From Actinomycetota bacterium (lineage in GTDB: Bacteria > Actinomycetota > Actinomycetes > S36-B12), in the NCBI GenBank assembly GCA_016870195.1, contig VGCC01000003.1, positions 68,019 through 132,018 on the forward strand: DNA of 64,000 nucleotides, written 5' to 3'. Numbering within the stretch: position 1 is the first letter of the stretch; every line of letters begins with the position of its first letter. Of this stretch, positions 38,875 through 50,647 are shown piece after piece. Position numbers and translations under genes: made by a program. The notes beneath the pieces are model-generated. The model worked only from the letters and a program-made list of their open reading frames with translations, was not told the origin of the DNA and ran no database searches.

Positions 38875-40368
38875 GTGACGGAGGCACCAGACGAGCCTGA
38901 TCTCCCCGAGCAAATGCGCATCCGTCGTGCCAAGCGCGACCGCCTTCTCGCCTCGGGGCACGACCCGTATCCGGTGACAGTCCCCGTATCCCACACCATC
39001 GCGCAGGTGCGCGCCTCGCACCCGGATCTCGACCCTGACACACAGACCGGTGATGTCGTGGGAATCGCCGGACGAGTGATCTTCTCCCGGAACACCGGGA
39101 AGCTGTGTTTCGCGACCCTGCGTTCCGGGGATGGCACGGAGATCCAGGCGATGATCTCGTTCGCGGGTGTGGGGGAGGAGTCCCTCGAATCCTGGAAAGA
39201 CCTCGTGGACCTCGGCGACACTGTCTTCGTCCGCGGTGAGGTGATCACGTCCAAGCGCGGTGAACTGTCGGTGATGGCCGACCAGTGGTTGATGGCCGCG
39301 AAGGCCCTCCGCCCCCTTCCGGTGGCGCATAAACCGATGACCGAGGAAGCGCGGGTTCGGCAGCGCTACGTGGATCTGATCATGAGACCGGATGCGCAGC
39401 GAATGGCCCGGCTCCGCGTCGATGTCGTCGCCGCACTTCGCCAGAGCATGAGTGCACGTGGATTCCTTGAGATCGAGACACCGATGTTGCAGACCATGCA
39501 CGGAGGCGCGGCTGCGCGTCCTTTCGTCACCCATTCGAACGCCTTTGATCTCGAGTTGTACCTGCGTATCGCACCGGAGCTGTTTCTGAAACGCGCGGTC
39601 GTCGGCGGTTTGGAGAGAGTTTTCGAGATCAACCGCAACTTCCGCAACGAGGGCTCGGACTCGAGTCACTCACCGGAGTTCGCGATGCTCGAGTACTACC
39701 AGGCGTATGCCGACTACCGGGATATGGCACGCACGACCCGGGAGCTGATCCAGGAATCTGCGCGCGCGGTGACCGGAGGCTTGGTTGTGACGCACGCAGA
39801 TGGGAGTGTGCACGATCTCTCCGGCGAATGGCCGCAGATCGATCTCTACGACTCGACGTCCACCGCCGTCGGCCAACAGATCACCCCGGGGACATCACGG
39901 GACGAGCTCGTCGCACTCTGCGAGAAGGCTGGCATTTCGGTGGCGCCCACCTGGGTCCCGGGCAAACTCGTCGAAGAACTCTTCGAGCACTACGTCAGCC
40001 CCACCTTCACCGGGCCGACATTCGTCATGGACTTCCCGATCGACACGTCCCCACTCACTCGCGCTCACCGAACCAAAGATGGTGTCGTGGAGAAGTGGGA
40101 CCTCTACATCGATGGCGTCGAGCAGGCCACCGGGTACTCCGAGCTCGTCGATCCAGTCATCCAGCGCGAGCGTCTCATCGAGCAGGCTGCGCTCGGTGCC
40201 CAGGGGGACCACGAGGCGATGCGACTCGACGAGGATTTCCTCCGTGCCCTCGAACACGGAATGCCCCCCTCGGGCGGGGTTGGCATGGGCATCGATCGGC
40301 TGCTGATGACACTCACCGGATTGGGCATTCGAGAAACCATCCTGTTCCCACTGGTGAAGCCGGAATGA
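38875..40368 (+). CDS. lysS: lysine--tRNA ligase (class II)
   Basis: OB-fold N-domain. Class II motifs [14 protein letters not shown] and GMGIDRLLM. Confidence 0.95.
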   Translation: MTEAPDEPDLPEQMRIRRAKRDRLLASGHDPYPVTVPVSHTIAQVRASHPDLDPDTQTGDVVGIAGRVIFSRNTGKLCFATLRSGDGTEIQAMISFAGVGEESLESWKDLVDLGDTVFVRGEVITSKRGELSVMADQWLMAAKALRPLPVAHKPMTEEARVRQRYVDLIMRPDAQRMARLRVDVVAALRQSMSARGFLEIETPMLQTMHGGAAARPFVTHSNAFDLELYLRIAPELFLKRAVVGGLERVFEINRNFRNEGSDSSHSPEFAMLEYYQAYADYRDMARTTRELIQESARAVTGGLVVTHADGSVHDLSGEWPQIDLYDSTSTAVGQQITPGTSRDELVALCEKAGISVAPTWVPGKLVEELFEHYVSPTFTGPTFVMDFPIDTSPLTRAHRTKDGVVEKWDLYIDGVEQATGYSELVDPVIQRERLIEQAALGAQGDHEAMRLDEDFLRALEHGMPPSGGVGMGIDRLLMTLTGLGIRETILFPLVKPE

Positions 40369-40862
40369 CCACGATCCGTCCCGCTGTCACGGGCGATGTG
40401 AAGCAGATCGGCACCCTGGTGGACTTCTACGCCGGTGACGGCCAGCGTTTATTGGAGAAGAAGCTGGTCACGCTCTACGAGGATGTTCAGGAGTTCGTCG
40501 TCGGCGTGGAAGCTGACGCGCTCGTGGCATGTGGCGCACTGCACGTGCTCTGGGATGACCTCGCCGAGGTACGTACGGTGGCGGTTGCCCCCTCGCACCT
40601 ACGGCAGGGAATCGGCTCGCAGGTCCTCGAAGCGCTGCTCGCTCGTGCGCGCAGCCTCGGTGTACGACGGGTCTTCTGCCTTACCTTCGCCACCGAGTTC
40701 TTCGGTCGGCACGGCTTCGTTGAGATCGAGGGTGCTCCCGTCGATCCGGACGTCTATGCGCAGCTCCTCCAGTCCTACGACGAGGGAGTCGCGGAGTTCC
40801 TCGGTCTGGAGCGGGTGAAGCCCAACACCTTGGGAAACAGGCGAATGCTCGCAGTACTGTGA
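40365..40862 (+). CDS. GNAT-family amino-acid N-acetyltransferase (ArgA-like short form)
   Basis: ATG 40365 gives an ATGA overlap with lysS. Acetyl-CoA motif [19 protein letters not shown]. The upstream part of ORF 39828..40862 is off-frame over lysS. Confidence 0.75.
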   Translation: MTTIRPAVTGDVKQIGTLVDFYAGDGQRLLEKKLVTLYEDVQEFVVGVEADALVACGALHVLWDDLAEVRTVAVAPSHLRQGIGSQVLEALLARARSLGVRRVFCLTFATEFFGRHGFVEIEGAPVDPDVYAQLLQSYDEGVAEFLGLERVKPNTLGNRRMLAVL

Positions 40863-41602
40863 GACTCCTCCCTGCACTCGTCCTGACCGGACTTGTCGGT
40901 CTCGTCAGCGCACCCGGAACCTTGGCGGCCGACGATCCGCTCATGGGGAAGGTGATCGCCCTCGACCCCGGGCACCAACTCGGAAACAGCAATCCTCGAT
41001 TCGCCGCGGAGATGTCGCAGAAGAAATTCAATGGGACGATCCTCAAGGGCTGCAACACCACCGGAACGGCGACCAATTCTGGTTTTCCCGAAGCGACGTT
41101 CACATGGCGCGTGGCCCGCGAGTTGACGTCCTTGCTGGAGGAACGGGGGGCGACCGTGGTCCTTACTCGGGATAGCAACTCACGTGAAGCCTGGGGACCG
41201 TGCGTCTGGGATCGCGCGCGCATCGGAACGGAAGCCGGTGCCGATGCCATGATCTCGATTCACGCAGATGGAGCACCAGCCAGGGCTCGCGGATTCTTCG
41301 TGATTGCGCCGACGTTCATCCCTGGATGGACGGACGATGTCGTGCGAGAGGACCGACGTTTGGCCGCAGACATGGTCTCCGGAATGACGCAGGCAGGTGC
41401 GCCACCCGCGAACTACGTTCGAGACCAGTTGATGATCCGGAGCGATCAGTCAACCCTGAATTTCAGTGATGTCCCCACTGTCATCGTTGAACTGGGGAAC
41501 ATGCGGAATGCGCGTGATGCGCGTCGTATGAGCACGAATTCGGGTCAACGACAGTATGCGGAATGGTTAATGGCGATAATTGAGCAGTGCTTCCAACAGT
41601 AG
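40859..41602 (+). CDS. secreted N-acetylmuramoyl-L-alanine amidase (Amidase_3)
   Basis: GTGA overlap with the GNAT gene. Signal peptide ...APGTLAA. IALDPGH and MISIHADG zinc-ligand motifs. Confidence 0.8.
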   Translation: MRLLPALVLTGLVGLVSAPGTLAADDPLMGKVIALDPGHQLGNSNPRFAAEMSQKKFNGTILKGCNTTGTATNSGFPEATFTWRVARELTSLLEERGATVVLTRDSNSREAWGPCVWDRARIGTEAGADAMISIHADGAPARARGFFVIAPTFIPGWTDDVVREDRRLAADMVSGMTQAGAPPANYVRDQLMIRSDQSTLNFSDVPTVIVELGNMRNARDARRMSTNSGQRQYAEWLMAIIEQCFQQ

Positions 41603-41613
41603 TGGAATGCCGA

Positions 41614-44310
41614 TCAGCCCGTGTTGCGCAGGCCGGTGGCGATTCCATTGATGGTCACCGAGAGTGCCCGACGGAGTTGTTCACGATCTTGCTCGACCGC
41701 ACTCCCGCGAAGTCGATCCAGTACCGACACCTGCAGTGAGTGCAGCGGGAGCAGGTAGCTGTCGCGCGTCGCCAACGTCCGTGCCAGAGAAGGGTTATCC
41801 GCCAGGAGCCGATCGCTGCCGGTCACTGCCAAGACCTGTTCGACGCTGCGCGCGTACTCTGCTTCGATCTCGCGGAAAATCCACCGTACATCCGTGGGCA
41901 CCAGGGTCGCGACATATTGACGCGCTACCTCCAGATCGGTCTTCATGAGCGTCATCTCGACATTGGAGATGAAGTTGGTGAAGAAACTCCACTCGCGGTA
42001 CATAGTGCGCAGTTCCTCTGCGAAACCGGCATCTGATGACGCCTGCAGGCCGCTCCCGACTCCGAACCAGCCGGGGATGATCTGACGGGATTGGGTCCAC
42101 CCGAAGACCCAGGGAATCGCCCGCAGTCCTTCGATGCCGGCGGCGGTATCCGGTCGCTGCGCGGGTCGTGACCCCAGGTGCATCGAACCGAACTCGGCCA
42201 CGGGCGTGGATGCGGCGAAGTAGGCCGGGAGATCGCGATCATCGACGAGCGCGCGGTAGGCGGTCATCGCACTACTCGACGCGATCCCCATCACCTGATC
42301 CCATCGATCCAGGAGCACCTGATCCTGGTTGGATTCCCGATGGAGCAGCGAGGCATCGAGGACCGCGGCGACCATCTGCTCGAGGTTGTCGCGCGCGAGC
42401 GCGGGCAAGAGGTACTTGTCCGAGATCACCTCACCCTGCTCGGTCACCTTGATCTGTCCATCGAGCACTCCCGCGGGCTGGGCCAGGATCGCGGCGTAGG
42501 TGGGCCCGCCACCGCGTCCGACAGTCCCTCCGCGACCGTGGAACAGCCGCAGCCGGACCCCGTGCTTCTGCGCGACGTCACGGAGTCGGCGCTGGGCTAG
42601 GTGGATCTCCCACTGCGACGTCGTGATCCCGGCGTCCTTGTTGGAGTCCGAATACCCGAGCATGACTTCCTGGACGTCTCCGCGTGAAGCGACGAGGGCG
42701 CGGTAGGTGGGATGGGTCAGAAGATCGTCGACGATCACACCCGCCTCGCGGAGTTCGCTGATCGTTTCAAGGAGCGGAACGAATCCGACGCGCGCCGTTC
42801 CCGTCGACGTGTCGACCAGACCCGCTTCGCGGGCAACCGTGATCGCGGCGAGCATGTCATCGACACCCCTCGTCATGGAGACGATGCACGACTCGATGGG
42901 TCGGGTGCCGTAGGTGTCGAGAAGCTCGCGCACTGTGACGAAAGTGTCGTAGGTGACCGCCGCGGAGGGACTCACGGGCGGTGGGGTGGGTGCCAGGGGT
43001 CGCGATGATGCGAGTTCACGCTCGAGCCAGGCGGTGCGCTCGACACGCGTGAGGTCACGCCATGGCGTGGACTCGAGCCGGTCGTGGAGTTCCGCGATGA
43101 CCTCTTGGTATTTCCCGGAGTGCTCTCGAATGTCGAGAGTCGCGAGCGGGAGGCCGATCGATGCAGCAACTCGGATGACGCGGTCGAGGATCCCGTGCGC
43201 AGCTAACTGCCCACGGTGCGTAAGCAGGTCCGCGCGGATGAGAAGTAGATCGTCGAGCAGTTGCCGGGTGCTGTTGTAGTCGCGGCCCTCACGATGTGGC
43301 TCGCCCGCCCGAACCCGCTCGAGAGTCAGCCGCAGACGCATGCGGATGATGGTCAACTTGAGCCGAATGGGCTCCTCCGCGTTGATCCGGAGGAATCGCG
43401 GATCCAGGTCGGGGAGGAATGTCAGGTCATGGTCGACGGAGGCACGTAGCTCCTCGGTTGCGCCTGCGATGCGTTCGGAAACGGAGAGATCGTCGAGGAG
43501 GCGATCGATGTGTGGCATGAGGTCCAGCACCGCATGCTCGCGTTGGAAACGAACCACCGAGGTCGTGACATCGGGGGTGACGTAGGGATTCCCGTCACGG
43601 TCGCCACCGATCCACGAGCCGAAGCTCACCGGCCGGGAATCCGGGGGGAGCTCGGCGCCGAGGTCCTGGAAGGCACGCGCGAGATCCGTCAGCACCTGCG
43701 CAAGGGGCCCTCGGGTCAGGTCATCCAGGTAGTAGAGCGCATTGCGTGCCTCGTCGAGTGGGTGTGGTCGTTCCAGGCGCAACTCGTCTGTCTGCCAGAG
43801 CAGGTCGATGAGTTCTGCGAGCCGGGTGGTGCGATCCATCTCGGATGCCTGTTCGTCGAGGAGAACGTCGGCGATGGTGCGGAGCTTGAGCAGGACCGAC
43901 CGTCGTGCAGCCTCCGTCGGGTGCGCGGTGAAGACCGGGCGTACGGACATGACCTCTGCGAGTCTCGAGACGAGTTCCGGATCGATGTTCGCGTCCTTGA
44001 TCTCCGCCACGACGCGGGTGAGCGGTCCCAGGTGCTCGCGTCGTGACGACGCGGCATCCTGCGCACGCTCCACCTGCTCGGCCACGTTGGCCAAATCGAA
44101 GTAGATGGAAAACGCACGGGCGAGACGGGTCGCCATGTGCAGGTCGGTGGAGTCGAGCAGGGCCGCCGCGGCCTGGGGATCGGTGCGCACGAGGCCTCGA
44201 ACCTGCTCCACCAGGTCGAGAAGGCCCTGGCCCTCCTGGCGCACCAGGGTGTGACCCAGGAGGTCCCCCAGGGTCCGGATATTGCGCCGCAGCCGGGCGT
44301 CGGCGGTCAT
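41614..44310 (-). CDS. ppc: phosphoenolpyruvate carboxylase
   Basis: 898 aa. VFTAHPTE, GYSDSNKDAG and FHGRGGTVGRGGGP motifs. C-terminal ...GLRNTG. Confidence 0.96.
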   Translation of the reverse strand: MTADARLRRNIRTLGDLLGHTLVRQEGQGLLDLVEQVRGLVRTDPQAAAALLDSTDLHMATRLARAFSIYFDLANVAEQVERAQDAASSRREHLGPLTRVVAEIKDANIDPELVSRLAEVMSVRPVFTAHPTEAARRSVLLKLRTIADVLLDEQASEMDRTTRLAELIDLLWQTDELRLERPHPLDEARNALYYLDDLTRGPLAQVLTDLARAFQDLGAELPPDSRPVSFGSWIGGDRDGNPYVTPDVTTSVVRFQREHAVLDLMPHIDRLLDDLSVSERIAGATEELRASVDHDLTFLPDLDPRFLRINAEEPIRLKLTIIRMRLRLTLERVRAGEPHREGRDYNSTRQLLDDLLLIRADLLTHRGQLAAHGILDRVIRVAASIGLPLATLDIREHSGKYQEVIAELHDRLESTPWRDLTRVERTAWLERELASSRPLAPTPPPVSPSAAVTYDTFVTVRELLDTYGTRPIESCIVSMTRGVDDMLAAITVAREAGLVDTSTGTARVGFVPLLETISELREAGVIVDDLLTHPTYRALVASRGDVQEVMLGYSDSNKDAGITTSQWEIHLAQRRLRDVAQKHGVRLRLFHGRGGTVGRGGGPTYAAILAQPAGVLDGQIKVTEQGEVISDKYLLPALARDNLEQMVAAVLDASLLHRESNQDQVLLDRWDQVMGIASSSAMTAYRALVDDRDLPAYFAASTPVAEFGSMHLGSRPAQRPDTAAGIEGLRAIPWVFGWTQSRQIIPGWFGVGSGLQASSDAGFAEELRTMYREWSFFTNFISNVEMTLMKTDLEVARQYVATLVPTDVRWIFREIEAEYARSVEQVLAVTGSDRLLADNPSLARTLATRDSYLLPLHSLQVSVLDRLRGSAVEQDREQLRRALSVTINGIATGLRNTG

Positions 44311-44433
44311 GCCCCAATTGTCCCGGCCGGCGTTTCGGGCAGGTTTCGCGGTTGGCGTACCGATCCCAGGGTGATCCGAGTTTCATCTGGGAGTCCCGTA
44401 GGGGAGAATCAGATACCCCGGCGAGGAGATGCG

Positions 44434-46932
44434 ATGTTCGAGAGATTCACCGATAGGGCACGTCGTGTGGTCGTGCTGGCCCAGGAAGAGGCCCGCATGC
44501 TCAACCACAACTACATCGGTACCGAGCACATCCTGCTCGGACTCATCCACGAAGGCGAGGGCGTCGCTGCCAAGGCGCTCGAATCCCTGGGCATTTCACT
44601 CGAGGCGGTTCGCCAACAGGTCGAGGAGATCATCGGTCAGGGTCAGCAGGCTCCCAGCGGACACATCCCCTTCACCCCGCGGGCGAAGAAAGTGCTCGAA
44701 CTCTCCCTGCGCGAGGCACTGCAACTCGGACACAACTACATCGGAACTGAACACATCCTGCTCGGCTTGATTCGCGAAGGCGAGGGTGTCGCTGCGCAGG
44801 TCCTCGTGAAGCTCGGAGCTGATCTGAACCGTGTGCGCCAGCAGGTCATCCAATTGCTCTCGGGCTACCAGGGCAAGGAACCGGCAACGTCTGGGGGGCC
44901 TGCGGAGGGGACTCCCTCGACGTCGCTCGTTCTCGATCAGTTTGGTCGTAACCTGACGGCTGCCGCCCGTGAAGGCAAGCTCGACCCTGTGATCGGGCGC
45001 GACCGCGAGATCGAGCGCGTGATGCAGGTCCTGTCCCGGCGTACCAAGAACAACCCCGTCTTGATCGGCGAACCCGGTGTGGGCAAGACCGCCATCGTCG
45101 AAGGTTTGGCTCAGAACATCGTCAAGGGTGAGGTTCCCGAGACGCTCAAGGACAAGCAGTTGTACTCGCTCGATCTCGGTGCTCTCGTCGCGGGAAGCCG
45201 TTACCGCGGTGACTTCGAGGAGCGCTTGAAGAAGGTGCTCAAGGAGATCAAGACGCGCGGCGACATCATCCTGTTCATCGATGAGATGCACACACTCGTC
45301 GGTGCCGGCGCCGCCGAAGGTGCGATCGATGCCGCGAGCATCCTGAAGCCGATGCTGGCGCGAGGTGAACTCCAGACCATTGGAGCGACCACCCTCGATG
45401 AGTACCGCAAGTACGTCGAGAAGGACGCCGCGCTCGAGCGCCGCTTCGCCCCGGTACAGGTCGATGCGCCGGATGTGCCGCACACTGTCGAGATCCTCCG
45501 CGGCCTCCGGGACCGCTATGAGTCCCACCATCGCGTGTCCATCACGGATGGAGCCCTGGATGCGGCAGCGCGCCTCTCAGATCGTTACATCTCCGACCGT
45601 CAGCTCCCGGACAAGGCGATCGACCTGATCGATGAGGCTGGTTCTCGGTTGCGCATCCGGCGGATGACGGCACCCCCGGATCTCCGTGAGTTCGACGAGC
45701 GCATCGCCGAGACCCGCAAGGAGAAGGAGTCCGCGATCGACGCGCAGGACTTCGAGAAGGCAGCCTCGTTGCGCGATGTCGAGAAGAACCTGCTGGCTGA
45801 GAAGGCCGAGCGTGAGCGCGAGTGGAAGGCCGGTGACCTTGACGTCGTCGCCGAGGTGGACGAGCGGCTGATCGGCGAGGTGCTGGCTCTCATGACCGGT
45901 ATCCCGGTGTCCGACCTCACTGAGGATGACATCGAGAAGTTGCGTCGCATGGAGGACGAGCTCCACAAGCGGGTCATCGGTCAGGAGCAGGCCATCAAGG
46001 CGCTGTCCCGCGCGATCCGCCGCACGCGTGCAGGACTGAAGGATCCGAAGCGTCCGAGTGGTTCGTTCATCTTCGCTGGGCCCTCGGGCGTCGGCAAGAC
46101 CGAGTTGAGCAAGACACTTGCGGAGTTCCTCTTCGGCGATGAGGATGCCCTCATCGCGCTCGATATGAGCGAGTACTCGGAGCGTCACACGGCGTCACGT
46201 CTCTTCGGATCGCCTCCCGGGTACGTCGGATACGAGGAGGGCGGCCAACTCACCGAGAAGGTGCGTCGCAAGCCCTTCAGTGTCGTGCTTTTCGATGAAG
46301 TGGAGAAGGCGCACTCGGATATCTTCAACTCGCTGCTGCAGGTCCTGGAGGAAGGTCGTTTGACCGACGCCCAGGGTCGCGCGGTGGACTTCAAGAACAC
46401 CGTGATCATCATGACCACCAACCTCGGAAGCCGCGATGTGTCCAAAGGTCAGGGCTTGGGCTTCGCACCCGACAACAACGAGATCAGCGCCTACGAGGTA
46501 ATGAAGTCGAAGGTGCAGTCTGAGCTTAAGCAGCATTTCCGACCCGAATTCCTGAACAGGATCGACGACGTCATCGTGTTCCACCAGTTGACCGAGGCGG
46601 AGATCTTCCAGATCGTCGATCTGATGGTCGCGGGACTCGAGTCCCGCCTCTCGGATCGCGATATGGCGATCGAGTTGACCCCAGCGGCGAAGTCCCTGCT
46701 CGCCCAGCGTGGCTACGACCCAGTTCTGGGAGCGCGTCCGCTGCGTCGCACGATTCAACGCGAGATCGAGGACCCGCTGAGTGAGAAGATGCTCTTCGGC
46801 GATCTGCAGCCGGGATCCATCGTCGTCGTCGACGTCACGGGAGAGGATGCGGAGCGTGAGTTCACCTTCACCCCGACTCCCAAGGCTGAGCTTCCCGACA
46901 GTCCCCCGATGGAGACCGCCGGCACGGAGTAG
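44434..46932 (+). CDS. clpC: ATP-dependent Clp protease ATP-binding subunit ClpC
   Basis: ATG 44434 ([13 protein letters not shown]). Duplicated Clp-N repeats. Walker A GEPGVGKT and GPSGVGKT. The upstream 99 codons of the ORF are antisense to ppc and are rejected. Confidence 0.96.
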   Translation: MFERFTDRARRVVVLAQEEARMLNHNYIGTEHILLGLIHEGEGVAAKALESLGISLEAVRQQVEEIIGQGQQAPSGHIPFTPRAKKVLELSLREALQLGHNYIGTEHILLGLIREGEGVAAQVLVKLGADLNRVRQQVIQLLSGYQGKEPATSGGPAEGTPSTSLVLDQFGRNLTAAAREGKLDPVIGRDREIERVMQVLSRRTKNNPVLIGEPGVGKTAIVEGLAQNIVKGEVPETLKDKQLYSLDLGALVAGSRYRGDFEERLKKVLKEIKTRGDIILFIDEMHTLVGAGAAEGAIDAASILKPMLARGELQTIGATTLDEYRKYVEKDAALERRFAPVQVDAPDVPHTVEILRGLRDRYESHHRVSITDGALDAAARLSDRYISDRQLPDKAIDLIDEAGSRLRIRRMTAPPDLREFDERIAETRKEKESAIDAQDFEKAASLRDVEKNLLAEKAEREREWKAGDLDVVAEVDERLIGEVLALMTGIPVSDLTEDDIEKLRRMEDELHKRVIGQEQAIKALSRAIRRTRAGLKDPKRPSGSFIFAGPSGVGKTELSKTLAEFLFGDEDALIALDMSEYSERHTASRLFGSPPGYVGYEEGGQLTEKVRRKPFSVVLFDEVEKAHSDIFNSLLQVLEEGRLTDAQGRAVDFKNTVIIMTTNLGSRDVSKGQGLGFAPDNNEISAYEVMKSKVQSELKQHFRPEFLNRIDDVIVFHQLTEAEIFQIVDLMVAGLESRLSDRDMAIELTPAAKSLLAQRGYDPVLGARPLRRTIQREIEDPLSEKMLFGDLQPGSIVVVDVTGEDAEREFTFTPTPKAELPDSPPMETAGTE

Positions 46933-46938
46933 GGGCGA

Positions 46939-47406
46939 GTGATGCCGCGTGGTCCGCTGATCCCCGGCATCGAGGAGTTCGACGCCCCGAAGCGAGGGGT
47001 TCCGAGGTTCGTCTGGATCCTGCTCGCCGGAGCCCTCATCGGGGTGCTGTTCACCCTGGCCCTCGGCCTCCTGGCCGGAGCCGGCCCCCTGCGATCGCTG
47101 GGTCAGGTCGAGTCACCTCTCCAGCCAGTCTCCTTCCGGCCCACGACGGATGAGATGGTCGTGTCGATCGCTGTCACGTTGCCAGCGAAGGGACTCTGCC
47201 CGAACGACGAGGTGCAGGTGACCGCGTTCGAACGCGGACCACGCATTGAGGTCGAGGCGAAGGTCGAGCAATCACGCAACGTGGCCTGCCCTGAGACGGG
47301 AATCGCAGGGGACAGTACGTGGGTCGATGTCATTTTGACGCAACCCCTGGGTGACCGCCCGGTCATCCGACTCTCGGATCGCCAACCGCTCCCACGGGAT
47401 CGGTGA
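46939..47406 (+). CDS. hypothetical N-terminally anchored extracytoplasmic protein
   Basis: 155-aa ORF 6 nt after clpC. One TM helix (FVWILLAGALIGVLFTLALGLLAGA), then a beta-rich domain with two Cys. No family recognised. Confidence 0.5.
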   Translation: MMPRGPLIPGIEEFDAPKRGVPRFVWILLAGALIGVLFTLALGLLAGAGPLRSLGQVESPLQPVSFRPTTDEMVVSIAVTLPAKGLCPNDEVQVTAFERGPRIEVEAKVEQSRNVACPETGIAGDSTWVDVILTQPLGDRPVIRLSDRQPLPRDR

Positions 47407-47420
47407 TCTTCCGCCGCTAG

Positions 47421-48707
<1,287 letters not shown>

Positions 48708-48755
48708 CCGGCACGGCGCCCCGATTCGGCGCTCGGTGCGTGCCACTATTCCCGA

Positions 48756-49166
48756 GTGGCTTCCCCCGTGATGTCCGGGCGAGCGGGCGTGCTGACACTG
48801 CGCGCCCTCGTGCTGGTTCTCGCGCTCGGGATGTTCGTGGCCACAGTCGCCATGCCCATTCGCAACTGGTTCGGTCAGCGGGCGCAGATCGCGGCACTCC
48901 AGTCGGATGTCGAGGCGACCAAGGCCCGGGTCGCCGAGCTCCTGGTCGAGCGGGAACGCTGGAACGATCCGGCGTTCATCGCCGCGGAATCCCGGCGTCG
49001 TCTGCATTTCGTGTTCCCGGGCGAGATCGGCTACGTGGCTCTCGGTGCCGACGGGCGGCCTGCGGAGGAGACCCTCATGGAGTCCGCGCAGGTGCCGGTG
49101 CCGTGGTACGTCACGGTCGGGGAATCCGTCCGCACCGCCGACGCAGCTGAGGAGACCGCCTCCTAG
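48756..49166 (+). CDS. septum formation initiator FtsB/DivIC-like
   Basis: One TM helix followed by a coiled coil (QIAALQSDVEATKARVAELLVERERW). Conserved eno-ftsB-DUF501-ppx order. ATG 48771 is an alternative start. Confidence 0.7.
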   Translation: MASPVMSGRAGVLTLRALVLVLALGMFVATVAMPIRNWFGQRAQIAALQSDVEATKARVAELLVERERWNDPAFIAAESRRRLHFVFPGEIGYVALGADGRPAEETLMESAQVPVPWYVTVGESVRTADAAEETAS

Positions 49167-49175
49167 GGTCGGGAC

Positions 49176-49658
49176 ATGGGCTGCGCGTCGGCGGATCTTG
49201 CGGTGGTTGCCGCGCAGTTGGGTCGCGAACCTCGCGCCATCCACTCCGTAGCCTTTCGGTGTGCGTGCGGAGCTCCGGCGGTCGTACGCACCGAGCCGCG
49301 CCTACCGGACGGGACCCCCTTCCCGACGACGTACTACGTCACCTGCCCACGACTCACCTCCCTCATCGGCACCCTGGAGGCCACGGGGGTCATGCGGGAG
49401 ATGGAAGACCAAATTCGTGAGGACCCGGACATGCGCGAGCAGTATGAGCACGCCCATGCGCGGTACCTCGCGGACCGGTCGGAACTCGGCGAGGTACCCG
49501 AGATCGAGGGTGTCAGCGCCGGCGGGATGCCCACTCGGGTCAAATGCCTTCACGTCCACGTCGGTCAAGCCCTCGCATGTGGGCCCGGTGTTAATCCCGT
49601 CGGTGATGAGATGCTTGACCGCATTGAATCCTGGTGGACGCGAGGACCCTGTGTCTGA
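49176..49658 (+). CDS. DUF501-domain protein
   Basis: 160 aa. PFPTTYYVTCPRL and VKCLHVH motifs. Conserved position before ppx. Confidence 0.7.
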   Translation: MGCASADLAVVAAQLGREPRAIHSVAFRCACGAPAVVRTEPRLPDGTPFPTTYYVTCPRLTSLIGTLEATGVMREMEDQIREDPDMREQYEHAHARYLADRSELGEVPEIEGVSAGGMPTRVKCLHVHVGQALACGPGVNPVGDEMLDRIESWWTRGPCV

Positions 49659-50580
49659 CCGATACGCCGCGATCGATTGCGGAACGAATGCCCTGCGCCT
49701 CCTGATCGCTGAGGTCGCAGGTGGAGTCGTCCACGATGTCGTCCGAGAGATGCGCACCGTTCGTTTGGGTGAAGGCGTCGACGCGACGGGATCCTTTAGC
49801 CCCGCGGCGCTGGTGCGCACCTTCGATGCGTGTGACGAGTATGCCCGTCTCATGCGTGAGTACCCGGTGCGGAACGTGCGTTTCGTGGCAACGTCGGCGG
49901 CACGGGATGTCGTTAATCGGGAGCAATTCGTTTCAGGTGTGAGGGTGCGACTCGGCGTCGAACCCGAGGTCATCTCGGGAGACGAGGAAGCGAAACTCTC
50001 CTTCCGCGGTGCGGTCGCGGGACTGAGCGATATCCGCATGCCGGTTCTGATCGCCGATATCGGGGGTGGATCGACGGAGTTCGTCTTTGGAGACGCAGCT
50101 GGTGTCCGCGCCTCGATCAGCACGCCGATCGGATGTGTTCGCATGTCGGAGCGCTCGCTCCACTCGGACCCACCCACGCGCGAGGAGATCGAGGCGGCGT
50201 GCGCGCACATTCGACGGGCACTTGCGGACGTACCCCACGTCGTGCCCGTCGGGGAGGCACGTCAGTTCATCGGAGTTGCCGGGACCGTCACGACGATCGT
50301 CGCCATGGCGCTCGACCTGCCTGGCTACGACCCTCGGGTCATCCACGGCGCGACGATCACGCGCAGCCAGGTGGAGCAGGTCACCGACGCACTTCTCGCG
50401 ATGAACCATCGTCAGCGTGCGGCCCTCCCCTTCATGCACCCCGGCCGGGTCGACGTCATCGGGGGCGGTGCGCTGGTTCTTCGCGAGTCCATGGTGGTCC
50501 TCGGGATCGACTCGGTCACGGCCAGTGAAACCGACCTTCTGGATGGCATCGTTTGCACGCTCTCTCTCATGGATGAGTGA
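49651..50580 (+). CDS. ppx: exopolyphosphatase / guanosine pentaphosphate phosphohydrolase family (Ppx/GppA)
   Basis: GTG 49651 (8-nt overlap with the DUF501 gene). YAAIDCGTNALRLLIAE and DIGGGSTEF ASKHA motifs. The upstream 130 codons of ORF 49261..50580 are off-frame over DUF501. Confidence 0.85.
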   Translation: MSDRYAAIDCGTNALRLLIAEVAGGVVHDVVREMRTVRLGEGVDATGSFSPAALVRTFDACDEYARLMREYPVRNVRFVATSAARDVVNREQFVSGVRVRLGVEPEVISGDEEAKLSFRGAVAGLSDIRMPVLIADIGGGSTEFVFGDAAGVRASISTPIGCVRMSERSLHSDPPTREEIEAACAHIRRALADVPHVVPVGEARQFIGVAGTVTTIVAMALDLPGYDPRVIHGATITRSQVEQVTDALLAMNHRQRAALPFMHPGRVDVIGGGALVLRESMVVLGIDSVTASETDLLDGIVCTLSLMDE

Positions 50581-50599
50581 TTCCTAGGTCACATTTCCA

Positions 50600-50613
50600 T
50601 GTAATCGCTTGTG
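50600..50613 (+). promoter_or_regulatory. candidate LacI/GalR-type operator half-conserved palindrome
   Basis: TGTAATCGCTTGTG matches the TGnAAnCGnTTnCA pattern at 8 of its 10 fixed positions (it ends TG instead of CA). Lies 35-48 nt upstream of the LacI-family gene start. Confidence 0.35.
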
Positions 50614-50647
50614 GACCCCACCCCCCGCCGACCTACACTCCCCGGTC

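Noticed and set aside
44137-44433. N-terminal 99-codon extension of clpC
   Set aside because: It overlaps the ppc 5' end on the opposite strand. ClpC proteins canonically begin [10 protein letters not shown], which here is ATG 44434, preceded by GAGGAG.
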